NCBI GenBank assembly: GCA_044236265.1
Contig: JBIIGV010000037.1
Span: forward strand, 1 to 24,019
DNA length: 24,019 nt
Reading direction: 5' to 3'
Source: Oligoflexales bacterium
GTDB lineage: Bacteria > Bdellovibrionota_B > Oligoflexia > Oligoflexales > RGVZ01
A model generated the notes under the pieces. The model was not told where the DNA came from. It ran no database searches and saw only the letters and a program-made list of their open reading frames with translations. How positions within the stretch are numbered: the stretch's first letter is position 1; each line of letters starts with the position of its first letter. Both the position numbers and the translations under genes were made by a program. Below are positions 1-8,033 of this stretch, piece by piece.

Positions 1-597
1 GGAGTCCCCCTCAACGCCAACGTTTCCAATATTGATAGCTAACTTTGAGGTTGCTGTTGTCGGCAGGGGGAAATGAAAGCCGTTGGTCATTGAGGCTGAG
101 ATATTACGAAGGTAAGCGGTGTTTGTCTGATCGGATTTTTTGAAGCGGAAGTTTAGTGATTCGAGGCTGTGACTCAGCTTTGATGAGATTTGGATGTTGT
201 CATTTTCTTTTCTGTTTTCGTCAAACTGGTAAGCAAAGTTGTAGTTAGTCATCGATAAGCCCAGCGAAGGAAGTGATGCTTGCAATTTTTTTCCTTCGAT
301 CACAGCGGATGTTATGTTCGGCATTAATAGGTAGAGTTTTGATTCAGATATATTTTGGGCGACCTGATCAGGTCGTATATTCCCCGCGATTTTGCTGACA
401 GCGAAACTTATTTCTCCATCTGATTTAAATTCAAGAGGTAGCAGTTTTGACAGATTGCTGGGTAGTTTCACGTTTAATCTAGTTTGGTGGCTTGCCGAAT
501 AGCTGAGGATTTTGTCGTCTTCTGAGTTTGGATATATCGAGAGGTTTGTTTCGGATCTGAGAAGCTCATCCAGTATTTTCAATCTTAAGCTTATCGG
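1..597 (-). CDS. Open frame running off the window start; probable continuation of the AsmA/TamB-like gene 566..1327 (frameshift) or an overlapping gene starting at TTG 582
   Basis: Manual translation of the minus strand finds no stop from 597 to 1 (PISLRLKILDELLRSETNLSIYPNSEDDKILSYSASHQTRLNVKLP...NIGNVGVEGDS). Beta-strand-like alternating pattern. Absent from the ORF track because it has no stop in the window. Confidence 0.7.
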
Positions 598-1327
598 TCA
601 GAATATTATTCATGGCAAAATTCTGGAGGCTTATGTCCAACTCTGCATCAAGATGGCGCCAGTATGCCGATAGGTTTATTAACGCCGATAAGTCAGTCAA
701 AGTGACTTTTTTTCCGTCTTGAAGAATGTTGACGTCTAGATGTTCGATCCCGATTTTTGTCGCTTTTATGCGGATTGGTATCCAAAACATCTTGGATAGA
801 CTTCTTATGACTCCGCCAATCGGTGCGGATTCACTCGAAGCTTCAGGCTGTTGGGGTTGTGATTTACCCGATTTAATTCTGTAAAGAGTGATCCCCTGGA
901 ATTCGGATTTGGCGTAGTCACCATTTACTGCGACCATTCCGCCATGTATCTGCGCTCGCGTAATTCGCAGGGTGCCATAGAGAAGTGCCCAAAGATTGTA
1001 ATGTAGCCTAAACTCTTTTATGTGTATGAACTCTTTAGCTGGGATCTGACGCACAGTTCCGTCGATTTGTGGTGGTTCAAATTTTATGTTCCTACCTGTA
1101 AATCCTCGGAATGCATTGAAGTCCAATGATTCAATTGCAAGTTTTCCGCCTGTTTCTTCGGCAACACTTTTCTCCAGGAGACGGAGCACTTTTTGAGTGT
1201 CAGTCACCAGATAAAGAGTCACGGCTAATGTTATGACGATGGTCGCTCCAGCTGCGAACAGCGCAAGCAACCAGCGAATTATTTTTCGCCACACGTTTAA
1301 CGCTCCTAAGAGAGCCGTAAATATCAA
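566..1327 (-). CDS. AsmA/TamB-like membrane-anchored protein, N-terminal part
   Basis: N-terminal TM anchor (RKIIRWLLALFAAGATIVITLAVTLYLV) followed by a typical AsmA/TamB-type N-terminal pattern (GGKLAIESLDFN...LHYNLWALLYGTLRITRAQIHG). Confidence 0.55.
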   Translation of the reverse strand: MIFTALLGALNVWRKIIRWLLALFAAGATIVITLAVTLYLVTDTQKVLRLLEKSVAEETGGKLAIESLDFNAFRGFTGRNIKFEPPQIDGTVRQIPAKEFIHIKEFRLHYNLWALLYGTLRITRAQIHGGMVAVNGDYAKSEFQGITLYRIKSGKSQPQQPEASSESAPIGGVIRSLSKMFWIPIRIKATKIGIEHLDVNILQDGKKVTLTDLSALINLSAYWRHLDAELDISLQNFAMNNILTDKLKIENTG

Positions 1328-1428
1328 GGATAATTAAATTATATCAGTTTTCGGCAGGGGTACGTAGAGGTGCTTCTGGGTTGAAACGATCACCTTACAA
1401 CGGTTTGACTTGTCTACAGATAAGCCAA

Positions 1429-2502
1429 CTATTTCTTGTTATTCCAAAAGCGAACGGGCCATGGGGCGCGTTCAACAGCCTTAATTCCCATGCTCGAAGC
1501 GGTTTTAAGGATGGCCTCAAAGTCGTGACTGATGGTTGCTCCAGCCTTTTGAGTGACCTCGTCTTCAGTTGGCAAATCAAAATCATTGGCCCCAAAGTTC
1601 AGACCAAGTAATGCATCCGCATTCTTGGTGAGAACAGATGTGCGGATATTTCGAATGTTATGTAGGTAGATACGACTAACGGCCAACCAGCGAAGATATT
1701 CGTTCGTTGAAATTTCATTTCCACCGAACTCGTTGTTCCAAGGCTTGTAGGTCCAACATAGAAAGCTTGCGAGTGTACCACCGACGCGGTCTTGGAACGT
1801 TCTCAGAGATTCCAAATGATTGAGTCGTTCATCCAGTGTTTCGTCAAAGCCAATAACCATGGTTGCTGTTGAGCCCATTCCGGCCCGCAAGATGGCCTCT
1901 TGGCCATTAAAGTAATCCTCAACTGTGAATTTTCCGGGGCTGTGGCGCTTGCGGAAATTATTATCCATGATTTCCGCGCCTCCTCCAGTAACCCAGCGCG
2001 TGCCGCTTGCCGCAAGGATTTGTGCGCCTTCGTCATAACTGATTTTCGACACCTTGCAAGAGAACATAAACTCAGCAACGGTCATTTCGTAAAACTCAAG
2101 GTCGGGGTAGCGTCTTCTCACTTCGGAGAATAGTTGCGCGTAGTCGGTGATCTTTAGTTTTGGATGGAAACCACCGTTGAAACCGACCAGTTTTCCGCCG
2201 AGCTGTACGAGTGCATTAATTTTCTCGCACACTTGGTCGGTGCTGAGCAGGTATGTGTCCTTAGCGTGAGGTAGTCTATAAAAAGAGCAGTAGTCACATT
2301 TGGCAACACATACATTGGTGTAATTGACGATCGCCATGATCAGGTAGGTCGCTTCGTCTAGTGAATGAAATCTCGATTTGACGGATGTTGCGAGCTTGCT
2401 CAGTTGCTCGTCTGTAGCTTCAAGGAAGAGAAAGCCAGCGTCCTGGCGGGTTATCGGTAAGCCAGATAAAACCTTCTTTTCAATTTGATCCATGACAGCC
2501 AT
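1429..2502 (-). CDS. mqnC: CofH/MqnC-family radical SAM protein (cyclic dehypoxanthinyl futalosine synthase-like)
   Basis: NYTNVCVAKCDYCSF (CxxxCxxC), GGGAEI, STATMVIG.ET..ER..HL..LR..QD, YLRWLAVSRIYL.NI and FGANDF match the MqnC/MqnE/CofH family. Several positions deviate, so the exact function is uncertain. Confidence 0.7.
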   Translation of the reverse strand: MAVMDQIEKKVLSGLPITRQDAGFLFLEATDEQLSKLATSVKSRFHSLDEATYLIMAIVNYTNVCVAKCDYCSFYRLPHAKDTYLLSTDQVCEKINALVQLGGKLVGFNGGFHPKLKITDYAQLFSEVRRRYPDLEFYEMTVAEFMFSCKVSKISYDEGAQILAASGTRWVTGGGAEIMDNNFRKRHSPGKFTVEDYFNGQEAILRAGMGSTATMVIGFDETLDERLNHLESLRTFQDRVGGTLASFLCWTYKPWNNEFGGNEISTNEYLRWLAVSRIYLHNIRNIRTSVLTKNADALLGLNFGANDFDLPTEDEVTQKAGATISHDFEAILKTASSMGIKAVERAPWPVRFWNNKK

Positions 2503-2780
2503 GACGCTTGTTCTCTTAAAATAGTGGTCGCAACAGTCACAAAATAGCTGGATAGCAGGGGTTTGCCACTGAATTTTTCAAGAAATTTTTAAGAATTTAT
2601 TTAATCACTTTCTATCGAGCTATTAATATCTGCGCATTATGTGTTTAAAAAACTAAGTAATTCATGCATTTAAAAGAAAATGGGGGCTTGCATGTTGCCG
2701 ACAAAGCCACTAGAAACTCGGCGTTCGACGGGCAGGGTGCCCCCAGTAGTAGTACTTTTAATCGAAGGAGAACGCATACG

Positions 2781-3260
2781 ATGGATCTGCTTCACTTCAT
2801 GAAAGAGGAGTATTCGGCGATTAGGTCCGAATTTCCGGCGCTGGTTGCCAATGACATCCCGCAAGTTTTGTCGGGTAAGGCGCTTGATCAATTTATGATG
2901 CGTGTTGAGCTTGTGACCAGAGTTGGCGGCGAGCTTGTGATTCCAGAGTTGGTCGATGCTGGCCGCGGAGCGTCGGCTGCGGCAATGCTGGCAGAGGAGC
3001 AAACCAAAGTGATTCGTCGCTTGGTGGCATCTTACCGCAAGAATCAGGAGCTTCCAGAACCGAAAATTGTTGAGATATTTCGAAAGGTTGGCCGACACCT
3101 GGACCAGATGGAAAAGGTTGTTCTGCCATTGGTTCGAGAGCTTATTCCCACGGCAGTCCGTGAGGAAATTGGCGAGATCGCATTGGATTACCGCGAAGAC
3201 TTGGCGGCAGTTAATGTGAAACCGGCTAGCAGCAAGCTCAAGACCACAATAAGCGCTTGA
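2781..3260 (+). CDS. Hypothetical helical protein resembling a degenerate hemerythrin (HHE) domain
   Basis: AAGGAG Shine-Dalgarno at 2765-2770 precedes ATG 2781 (ORF track starts at 2664). Helix spacing matches hemerythrin-like proteins (MDLLHFMKEEY...ELVIPEL...RHLDQMEKVVLP...REEIG). Confidence 0.55.
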   Translation: MDLLHFMKEEYSAIRSEFPALVANDIPQVLSGKALDQFMMRVELVTRVGGELVIPELVDAGRGASAAAMLAEEQTKVIRRLVASYRKNQELPEPKIVEIFRKVGRHLDQMEKVVLPLVRELIPTAVREEIGEIALDYREDLAAVNVKPASSKLKTTISA

Positions 3261-3389
3261 CCGTGCTGAAAGTTTTGGGGTATCAGAGGTGTCTTCAACT
3301 TGCGCGGAATGTCTTGGTTAGGTCCAAGGCGGAGTAGTTTAAGTCGTTGATTTTGTGAGAAGAATGTATTCGATATTTTGGGTGAGTCC

Positions 3390-3794
3390 ATGAAAAATCT
3401 GATTATCAATAAGTTTGAAAAGCGCGTGTTCAAAGACGTTAAGCCTCTACCTGAGTTCCGCTCTGGTGACACAGTTCGCGTCCATTACAAAATTCAGGAA
3501 GGCTCTGATGCTTCCAAGTTTCGTATTCAGACCTACGAAGGTGTTGTTACTCGTTACCGCAAAGGTACTGCAGGCGGATCTTTCACTGTAAGGAAAATCT
3601 CCGCAGCAGGCGTTGGTGTCGAGCGCGTATTCCCAACGATGAGCCCTCTTGTCGACAAGGTTGAAATTGTGGCGCAAGGTCGCGTTCGTCGCAGCCGTCT
3701 TTACTATCTTCGTGATCTCTCTGGTAAGGCTGCTCGTATTCGTAGCCGTTACTTGGGTGGTGAGAGCGAAGGCGAAGCTAAGACTGAAGGATAA
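3390..3794 (+). CDS. rplS: 50S ribosomal protein L19
   Basis: [55 protein letters not shown] and GKAARI are L19 signature motifs. ATG at 3390 is the preferred start. Confidence 0.98.
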   Translation: MKNLIINKFEKRVFKDVKPLPEFRSGDTVRVHYKIQEGSDASKFRIQTYEGVVTRYRKGTAGGSFTVRKISAAGVGVERVFPTMSPLVDKVEIVAQGRVRRSRLYYLRDLSGKAARIRSRYLGGESEGEAKTEG

Positions 3795-3821
3795 TTCGGC
3801 GTCGTTTATTTTACGTATGAG

Positions 3822-3853
3822 AGCCCCGCTGCATTGGTCAGCGGGGCTTTTCT
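3822..3853 (+). terminator. Rho-independent terminator after rplS
   Basis: AGCCCCGCTG (3822-3831) / CAGCGGGGCT (3839-3848) form a 10-bp stem with a 7-nt loop, followed by TTTCT. Confidence 0.8.
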
Positions 3854-3872
3854 ATTCCCAGTTAGCAATCTT

Positions 3873-4379
3873 TCAGTCGGAAAGAATGTTGGGCCAGCGA
3901 TAAGCTGTCAGCTCTTGTTTCCAACTGTAAATATCAACGGCAATAAGATCGACGCTGATCGTTTGACAATGGCTTCCCTGACGCGGAGGTTGACTAGCTA
4001 CGTAAGCCATTCCGCGATGAAGTGAGTGCTGTTTGCTGCGATTCATCCAAGATGCCGTCGTGTTCATATCTGGAGGCTCTGCTGGGTTTAGTCTGGTCTT
4101 GATCTCAAGGATCTGAATCGATTTCATTCGTTGTAATACGATATCAAGTTCAAACCCTGTGTGACGAAGATTACGGAATAGCAAAGTAAACCCATCCTGT
4201 TCGGCCCATTTGGCCACAATGTTTTCCCCCAGTTTACCTAATGATTTCTGATCGAGTTTTTTTAATGTCAATTCAGACCAGCGATGACGCATGGAGACAG
4301 ATTCAATGGCAGCATTTCCTAACCAAAACGCGTGCCGAGTCTGCGAATGATCGTGATCTAACATTGTAGAGAATTCCAA
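3873..4379 (-). CDS. yraN: YraN (UPF0102) family PD-(D/E)xK putative endonuclease
   Basis: LGKLGE..., RNLR...ELDIV and LEIKTR motifs; lies directly downstream of rnhB as is typical. The true start may be downstream of 4379. Confidence 0.8.
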   Translation of the reverse strand: MEFSTMLDHDHSQTRHAFWLGNAAIESVSMRHRWSELTLKKLDQKSLGKLGENIVAKWAEQDGFTLLFRNLRHTGFELDIVLQRMKSIQILEIKTRLNPAEPPDMNTTASWMNRSKQHSLHRGMAYVASQPPRQGSHCQTISVDLIAVDIYSWKQELTAYRWPNILSD

Positions 4380-4392
4380 CTTTTTGAAAACG

Positions 4393-5040
4393 TCACGGGT
4401 TTGTGACGATGTCTCTTATCGGAGCAAAATTTCGACGGTGTAAATCACAGATTCCGTGGGAGTGAATGGCCGCAATATGATCGGCTGTGCCGTAGCCAAC
4501 GTGGCGATCAAAACCCCAGTGAGGATGAAGGGCGGCCTGAGTTTGCATCAATTGATCGCGAAACTCTTTGGCAACAATTGAAGCTGCTGCGATGGAGTAA
4601 CAGAGGCTATCGCCCTTTACGACAGTGACCTGACGGAGGGGTTGATTCGCAATCTTTTGATTGCCGTCAACCAATAGGACTCCAGGCTTTTCTGACTTCA
4701 AGCTATCAATTGCGCGGTTCATGGCGAGGAACGTCGCTGGTAGAATACCGTGCTGCTCAATTTCTCTTTCTGATGCTAGACCAATAGCCTTACCGATACT
4801 GATCTCATCAATCAGTTGGATAAGTTCTGCTCGTTGTTTTGCAGACAAAGTTTTGCTGTCGCGAACTCTGGATTTCGTCTTGGTATCGAGGCTGTCAAGA
4901 CGAGTGTAATCAAGCATAACGCAGGCTGCGACGACTGGACCTGCGATACAGCCGCGCCCCACTTCGTCGACGCCGGCAGGGATCAGGCCTTGATCTAGCC
5001 AAAAGCGTTCGATCGCGCCTTTTTCTTTGGGCACTGCCAC
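4393..5040 (-). CDS. rnhB: Ribonuclease HII
   Basis: GVDEVGRGCIAGPV, DSKTLS, LLVDG, KGD, IAAASIVAK, GYGT and HRRNF motifs. Confidence 0.97.
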   Translation of the reverse strand: MAVPKEKGAIERFWLDQGLIPAGVDEVGRGCIAGPVVAACVMLDYTRLDSLDTKTKSRVRDSKTLSAKQRAELIQLIDEISIGKAIGLASEREIEQHGILPATFLAMNRAIDSLKSEKPGVLLVDGNQKIANQPLRQVTVVKGDSLCYSIAAASIVAKEFRDQLMQTQAALHPHWGFDRHVGYGTADHIAAIHSHGICDLHRRNFAPIRDIVTNP

Positions 5041-5058
5041 GTCGACTTGTCCTGTTAA

Positions 5059-5385
5059 TTAGAGAGCCTTGTTCAGCATGTCGACCAGTTTAGCCTTTGG
5101 CACTGCGCCAACAGCGCTATCGACAACTTTGCCGTTTTTCATGATGACAAGATATGGAATCGAGCGGACGCCAAATTGTGACGGTGTATTGGCATTTTCA
5201 TCGACATTCATCTTCGCAATAGTAACTTTGCCTTTAAACTCTTCTGCGAGTTGCTCGAGAGTTGGCGCGATGGCAACGCAAGGGCCGCACCATGGTGCCC
5301 AGAAGTCCACCAGAACCGGAACTGAAGATTTTACTACAGCAGACTCGAAGTTTGAGTCTGTAACGTTAATGGTATTCTGACCCAT
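5059..5385 (-). CDS. trxA: Thioredoxin
   Basis: LVDFWAPWCGPC active site, VRSIP cis-Pro loop, 108 aa. Confidence 0.97.
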   Translation of the reverse strand: MGQNTINVTDSNFESAVVKSSVPVLVDFWAPWCGPCVAIAPTLEQLAEEFKGKVTIAKMNVDENANTPSQFGVRSIPYLVIMKNGKVVDSAVGAVPKAKLVDMLNKAL

Positions 5386-5503
5386 GATGATGTCTCCAAA
5401 TGAAGTACTTTGAACGCTTATTCAAGCCAAGACGAAGCCTTTTGTAAAGCGACGATCGACATAAAAACAACAAACTGCTCAAAAATAAGGCTGATTGTTA
5501 TAA

Positions 5504-6529
5504 TTAGCTGACTTTAACACTTAATCCAGGCCCACCAACCACAACATCCATGACCTGGCCGCCGGCATTTGTCATAGCTTTTGAGACTTTTTCCGTGAGT
5601 TCGCGTGGACAGAAGACACCCATGACACCACCGCCTCCCGCACCGCAAACTCTCGTAAACATCGCCCCTGCGTCCCTGGCTGCGATATCAATCCGTTTTG
5701 TTTCCTCGGTTTCGATCTTAGGCCAAAGTGCGGTTCTTAGTAGCCACTCGCGTTTAGACGCAGCAATCGCCTCTTTCCACATTTTTTTGGAGACCGCTTC
5801 GGCGCAATCAGCAGCTTCGTGGCCAATGGCGGCAATTTTTTCGAGAAGGCCTTGGTCACCATCGAAGATGCGTTTGAAAATTTCCCAGTTGTTAATGGCG
5901 CTGGCTCTTGATTTGCCGCTGTAGCAGCAAATGAGGTTAAAGTCCTGCCCCTCCCAGATTGAACCTGGAAGCGTGGTAACAGTTGTGCGCCCAAATGGAA
6001 ATTCGATGATGTTTATGCCACCACGCATGCCGCCCCAGTAGTCTTGAACCCCAGTTGGCGCATGTATGACTCGCGACTCCACGTCTTGGGCCGTTCGGAC
6101 CAGCTCAAACTCATCGGGAATTTTATAGGATGGTTCAAACTGTTTGCGCGCTTGAGCAATTGCTCCAACGAATGCAACAGAGAGGCAGCTAGATCCCCCT
6201 AAACCTGCTCCAGCCGGTGATCTTGCGCTGGTTTTGATTTTTATCGTAGGGAGATTCTTATTCCAAAATGCGCTTAGCAAAAGCGAGAAAAGGCGAAGCT
6301 TTGGTGAACTGATGATTTGTTCAAAAGTCCCACTATCAGAAATTTTTTGGTCTGTGCTTTCGAAATAAAACAATTTGTCAGGAGAGGGTGTCACTTCAAC
6401 AGAGGCTTCGAGACTCACGGCAACGTTGACGGTCGCTTTGCGGTCCAAAAGATTATGAATGGGCCAAAGGTCAATTGTTCCTCCCGCAAGGTCTACGCGA
6501 GTGGGTGCAATGGAGTTGATTTTGAACAT
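5504..6529 (-). CDS. GHMP-family sugar kinase (HddA, heptose-7-phosphate kinase-like)
   Basis: APTRVDLAGGTID, PAGAGLGGSS ATP-binding loop, GVQDY and CGAGGGG motifs. Confidence 0.85.
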   Translation of the reverse strand: MFKINSIAPTRVDLAGGTIDLWPIHNLLDRKATVNVAVSLEASVEVTPSPDKLFYFESTDQKISDSGTFEQIISSPKLRLFSLLLSAFWNKNLPTIKIKTSARSPAGAGLGGSSCLSVAFVGAIAQARKQFEPSYKIPDEFELVRTAQDVESRVIHAPTGVQDYWGGMRGGINIIEFPFGRTTVTTLPGSIWEGQDFNLICCYSGKSRASAINNWEIFKRIFDGDQGLLEKIAAIGHEAADCAEAVSKKMWKEAIAASKREWLLRTALWPKIETEETKRIDIAARDAGAMFTRVCGAGGGGVMGVFCPRELTEKVSKAMTNAGGQVMDVVVGGPGLSVKVS

Positions 6530-6575
6530 TTTTAATTCCCCATGTTTTTATGTGGTAAAATTGTAACATGACAAA

Positions 6576-7142
6576 ATGGGTGACGCTCTTGTGTCGAGTG
6601 AGGTTCAGTTGACTATAAAACATTTATTTGACCAAAAACGCATGCGCGTCGGTCATTGGAACGCAACTCCAGGATTTATTTCTGCAGCTTCTGCTGCCAT
6701 AGAGCATCACCTGAAACTTTTAATAAAATTGGATATGGTTGAGGTACGTTCACTAGACGACCCCAACCTAAGGCCGGCTGATGTGCTATTTATTTCAGCA
6801 GATGGTATTGAGGACGAGCAGTATCCCGTATGGCTAAAAGGTATAAGTACTCGAATTCCCAAGGCTCACGGCATTCCTGTGCCTACGATTATTTTTGGTA
6901 ATATTTCGTCGGCTGTCCAGTCAGAGATTCTGCGATGGGCAGTTGAAGGCAATTGGTATTTTGATATTGTCGACCCCGGCCATGTCTCAAGCTTAACTGT
7001 GCGTGTTGCCAACTTCCTAAGGATTCATGATCACCTTCATGAGATTCGGCGCATGAGTAGCGCTAGCAAAACTTTGGAGGACAAGGTTGCGGACATGGAA
7101 AAACAAATTGAGCAAATATTGAAAGGCCCCACCAAGCCGTGA
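6576..7142 (+). CDS. Hypothetical protein, degenerate receiver-like domain plus C-terminal coiled coil
   Basis: 188-aa ORF with an alpha/beta pattern (ADVLFISAD, PVPTIIFG, FDIVDP), then LTVRVANFLRIHDHLHEIRR...LEDKVADME, which resembles a receiver alpha5 plus signalling helix. Confidence 0.5.
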   Translation: MGDALVSSEVQLTIKHLFDQKRMRVGHWNATPGFISAASAAIEHHLKLLIKLDMVEVRSLDDPNLRPADVLFISADGIEDEQYPVWLKGISTRIPKAHGIPVPTIIFGNISSAVQSEILRWAVEGNWYFDIVDPGHVSSLTVRVANFLRIHDHLHEIRRMSSASKTLEDKVADMEKQIEQILKGPTKP

Positions 7143-7429
7143 CGATGATTGACGCTAAAAATTTGTCCGATGAAGGCTTCATCGCACAGTATGTGATTGA
7201 ACTTCTCGGATCGGGACATTTCCTGTCCCATGATGACTACGCGCGGATTGGAAAGTGGCGTGAACTGTCTTCGTCAACGGACGAGCTACTTCTCGTCTTA
7301 GATGAAGTCCTGTCCGCGAAAATTATGAAATCTCGTCAAAAGGGTAAAAAAGTTTTCTCTCTCTCCTCGATCAGCAAGACTATGGAGAAAAGGCTGAGCG
7401 AGCGAAAAATGCTCGTTCAAGGGGCTTAA
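7139..7429 (+). CDS. Hypothetical protein (96 aa)
   Basis: GTGA start/stop overlap with the upstream gene at 7139-7142; ends 1 nt before the next ATG, consistent with an operon. Confidence 0.65.
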   Translation: MTMIDAKNLSDEGFIAQYVIELLGSGHFLSHDDYARIGKWRELSSSTDELLLVLDEVLSAKIMKSRQKGKKVFSLSSISKTMEKRLSERKMLVQGA

Positions 7430-7430
7430 C

Positions 7431-7826
7431 ATGTCAAAAACCACTGATGTCGATATGGATAAGATTGTCGAAAGACTGAAAATAGACCGCATAAAGCGGC
7501 ATATTTTTTTGTGTACTGGAGACAAATGTTGTTCGGCAGAGACTGGCATGAAAGCCTGGGAGTTCCTCAAAGAACGAACCAAGGATACTGATGCTGTTGA
7601 CGCGGGAGTTTACCGAACCAAAGTTGGTTGTCTTCGCATTTGCCGCGAAGGTCCTATAGCTCTCGTTTACCCCGAAGGTGTTTGGTACAAAAATGTCACG
7701 GTTGAAGCCTGCAAGAAAATCGTCGATCAGCATTTGATCGGTGGAAAAATTGTGGAGGAACTTAAAGTCGCGGAGCATTCATTGCATCCGGCCTTATCTT
7801 CAGCTGACCAATGGGACACTCCCTAG
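7431..7826 (+). CDS. Thioredoxin-like [2Fe-2S] ferredoxin
   Basis: HIFLC....CC, GCLRIC.EGP..LVYPEGVWY and IV..HL..G.IV motifs. Confidence 0.92.
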   Translation: MSKTTDVDMDKIVERLKIDRIKRHIFLCTGDKCCSAETGMKAWEFLKERTKDTDAVDAGVYRTKVGCLRICREGPIALVYPEGVWYKNVTVEACKKIVDQHLIGGKIVEELKVAEHSLHPALSSADQWDTP

Positions 7827-7934
7827 AAAATCAGAATTGGTGACCGTCATCTGTTTTTTGTCAGAGTGCGTAAACTAAACACGAGTCTGCACAGCATAAA
7901 ATTTATGACAAACAGTGAAATCAAGACTCCGTTT

Positions 7935-7966
7935 AATTGACGTCGTCAATTTAAATATGAGACAAT
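7935..7966 (+). promoter_or_regulatory. Putative sigma70 promoter of the rhodopsin gene with an overlapping palindromic operator
   Basis: TTGACG (7937-7942), an 18-nt spacer, then TGn-GACAAT (-10 at 7961-7966). A perfect inverted repeat AATTGACG-T-CGTCAATT spans 7935-7951. Confidence 0.5.
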
Positions 7967-8033
7967 CTTGTTAGTTATTCACATTAATGTTCAGTGTCTA
8001 GGTTGCTAATTTAAATTGGAGTGGAGTCAAAGT

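Noticed and set aside
7860..8030. CarH/LitR-type tandem operator upstream of the rhodopsin (also checked at 18020-18120)
   Set aside because: Only isolated TnnACA matches, without 11-bp periodic repetition; no such regulator is encoded in the window.
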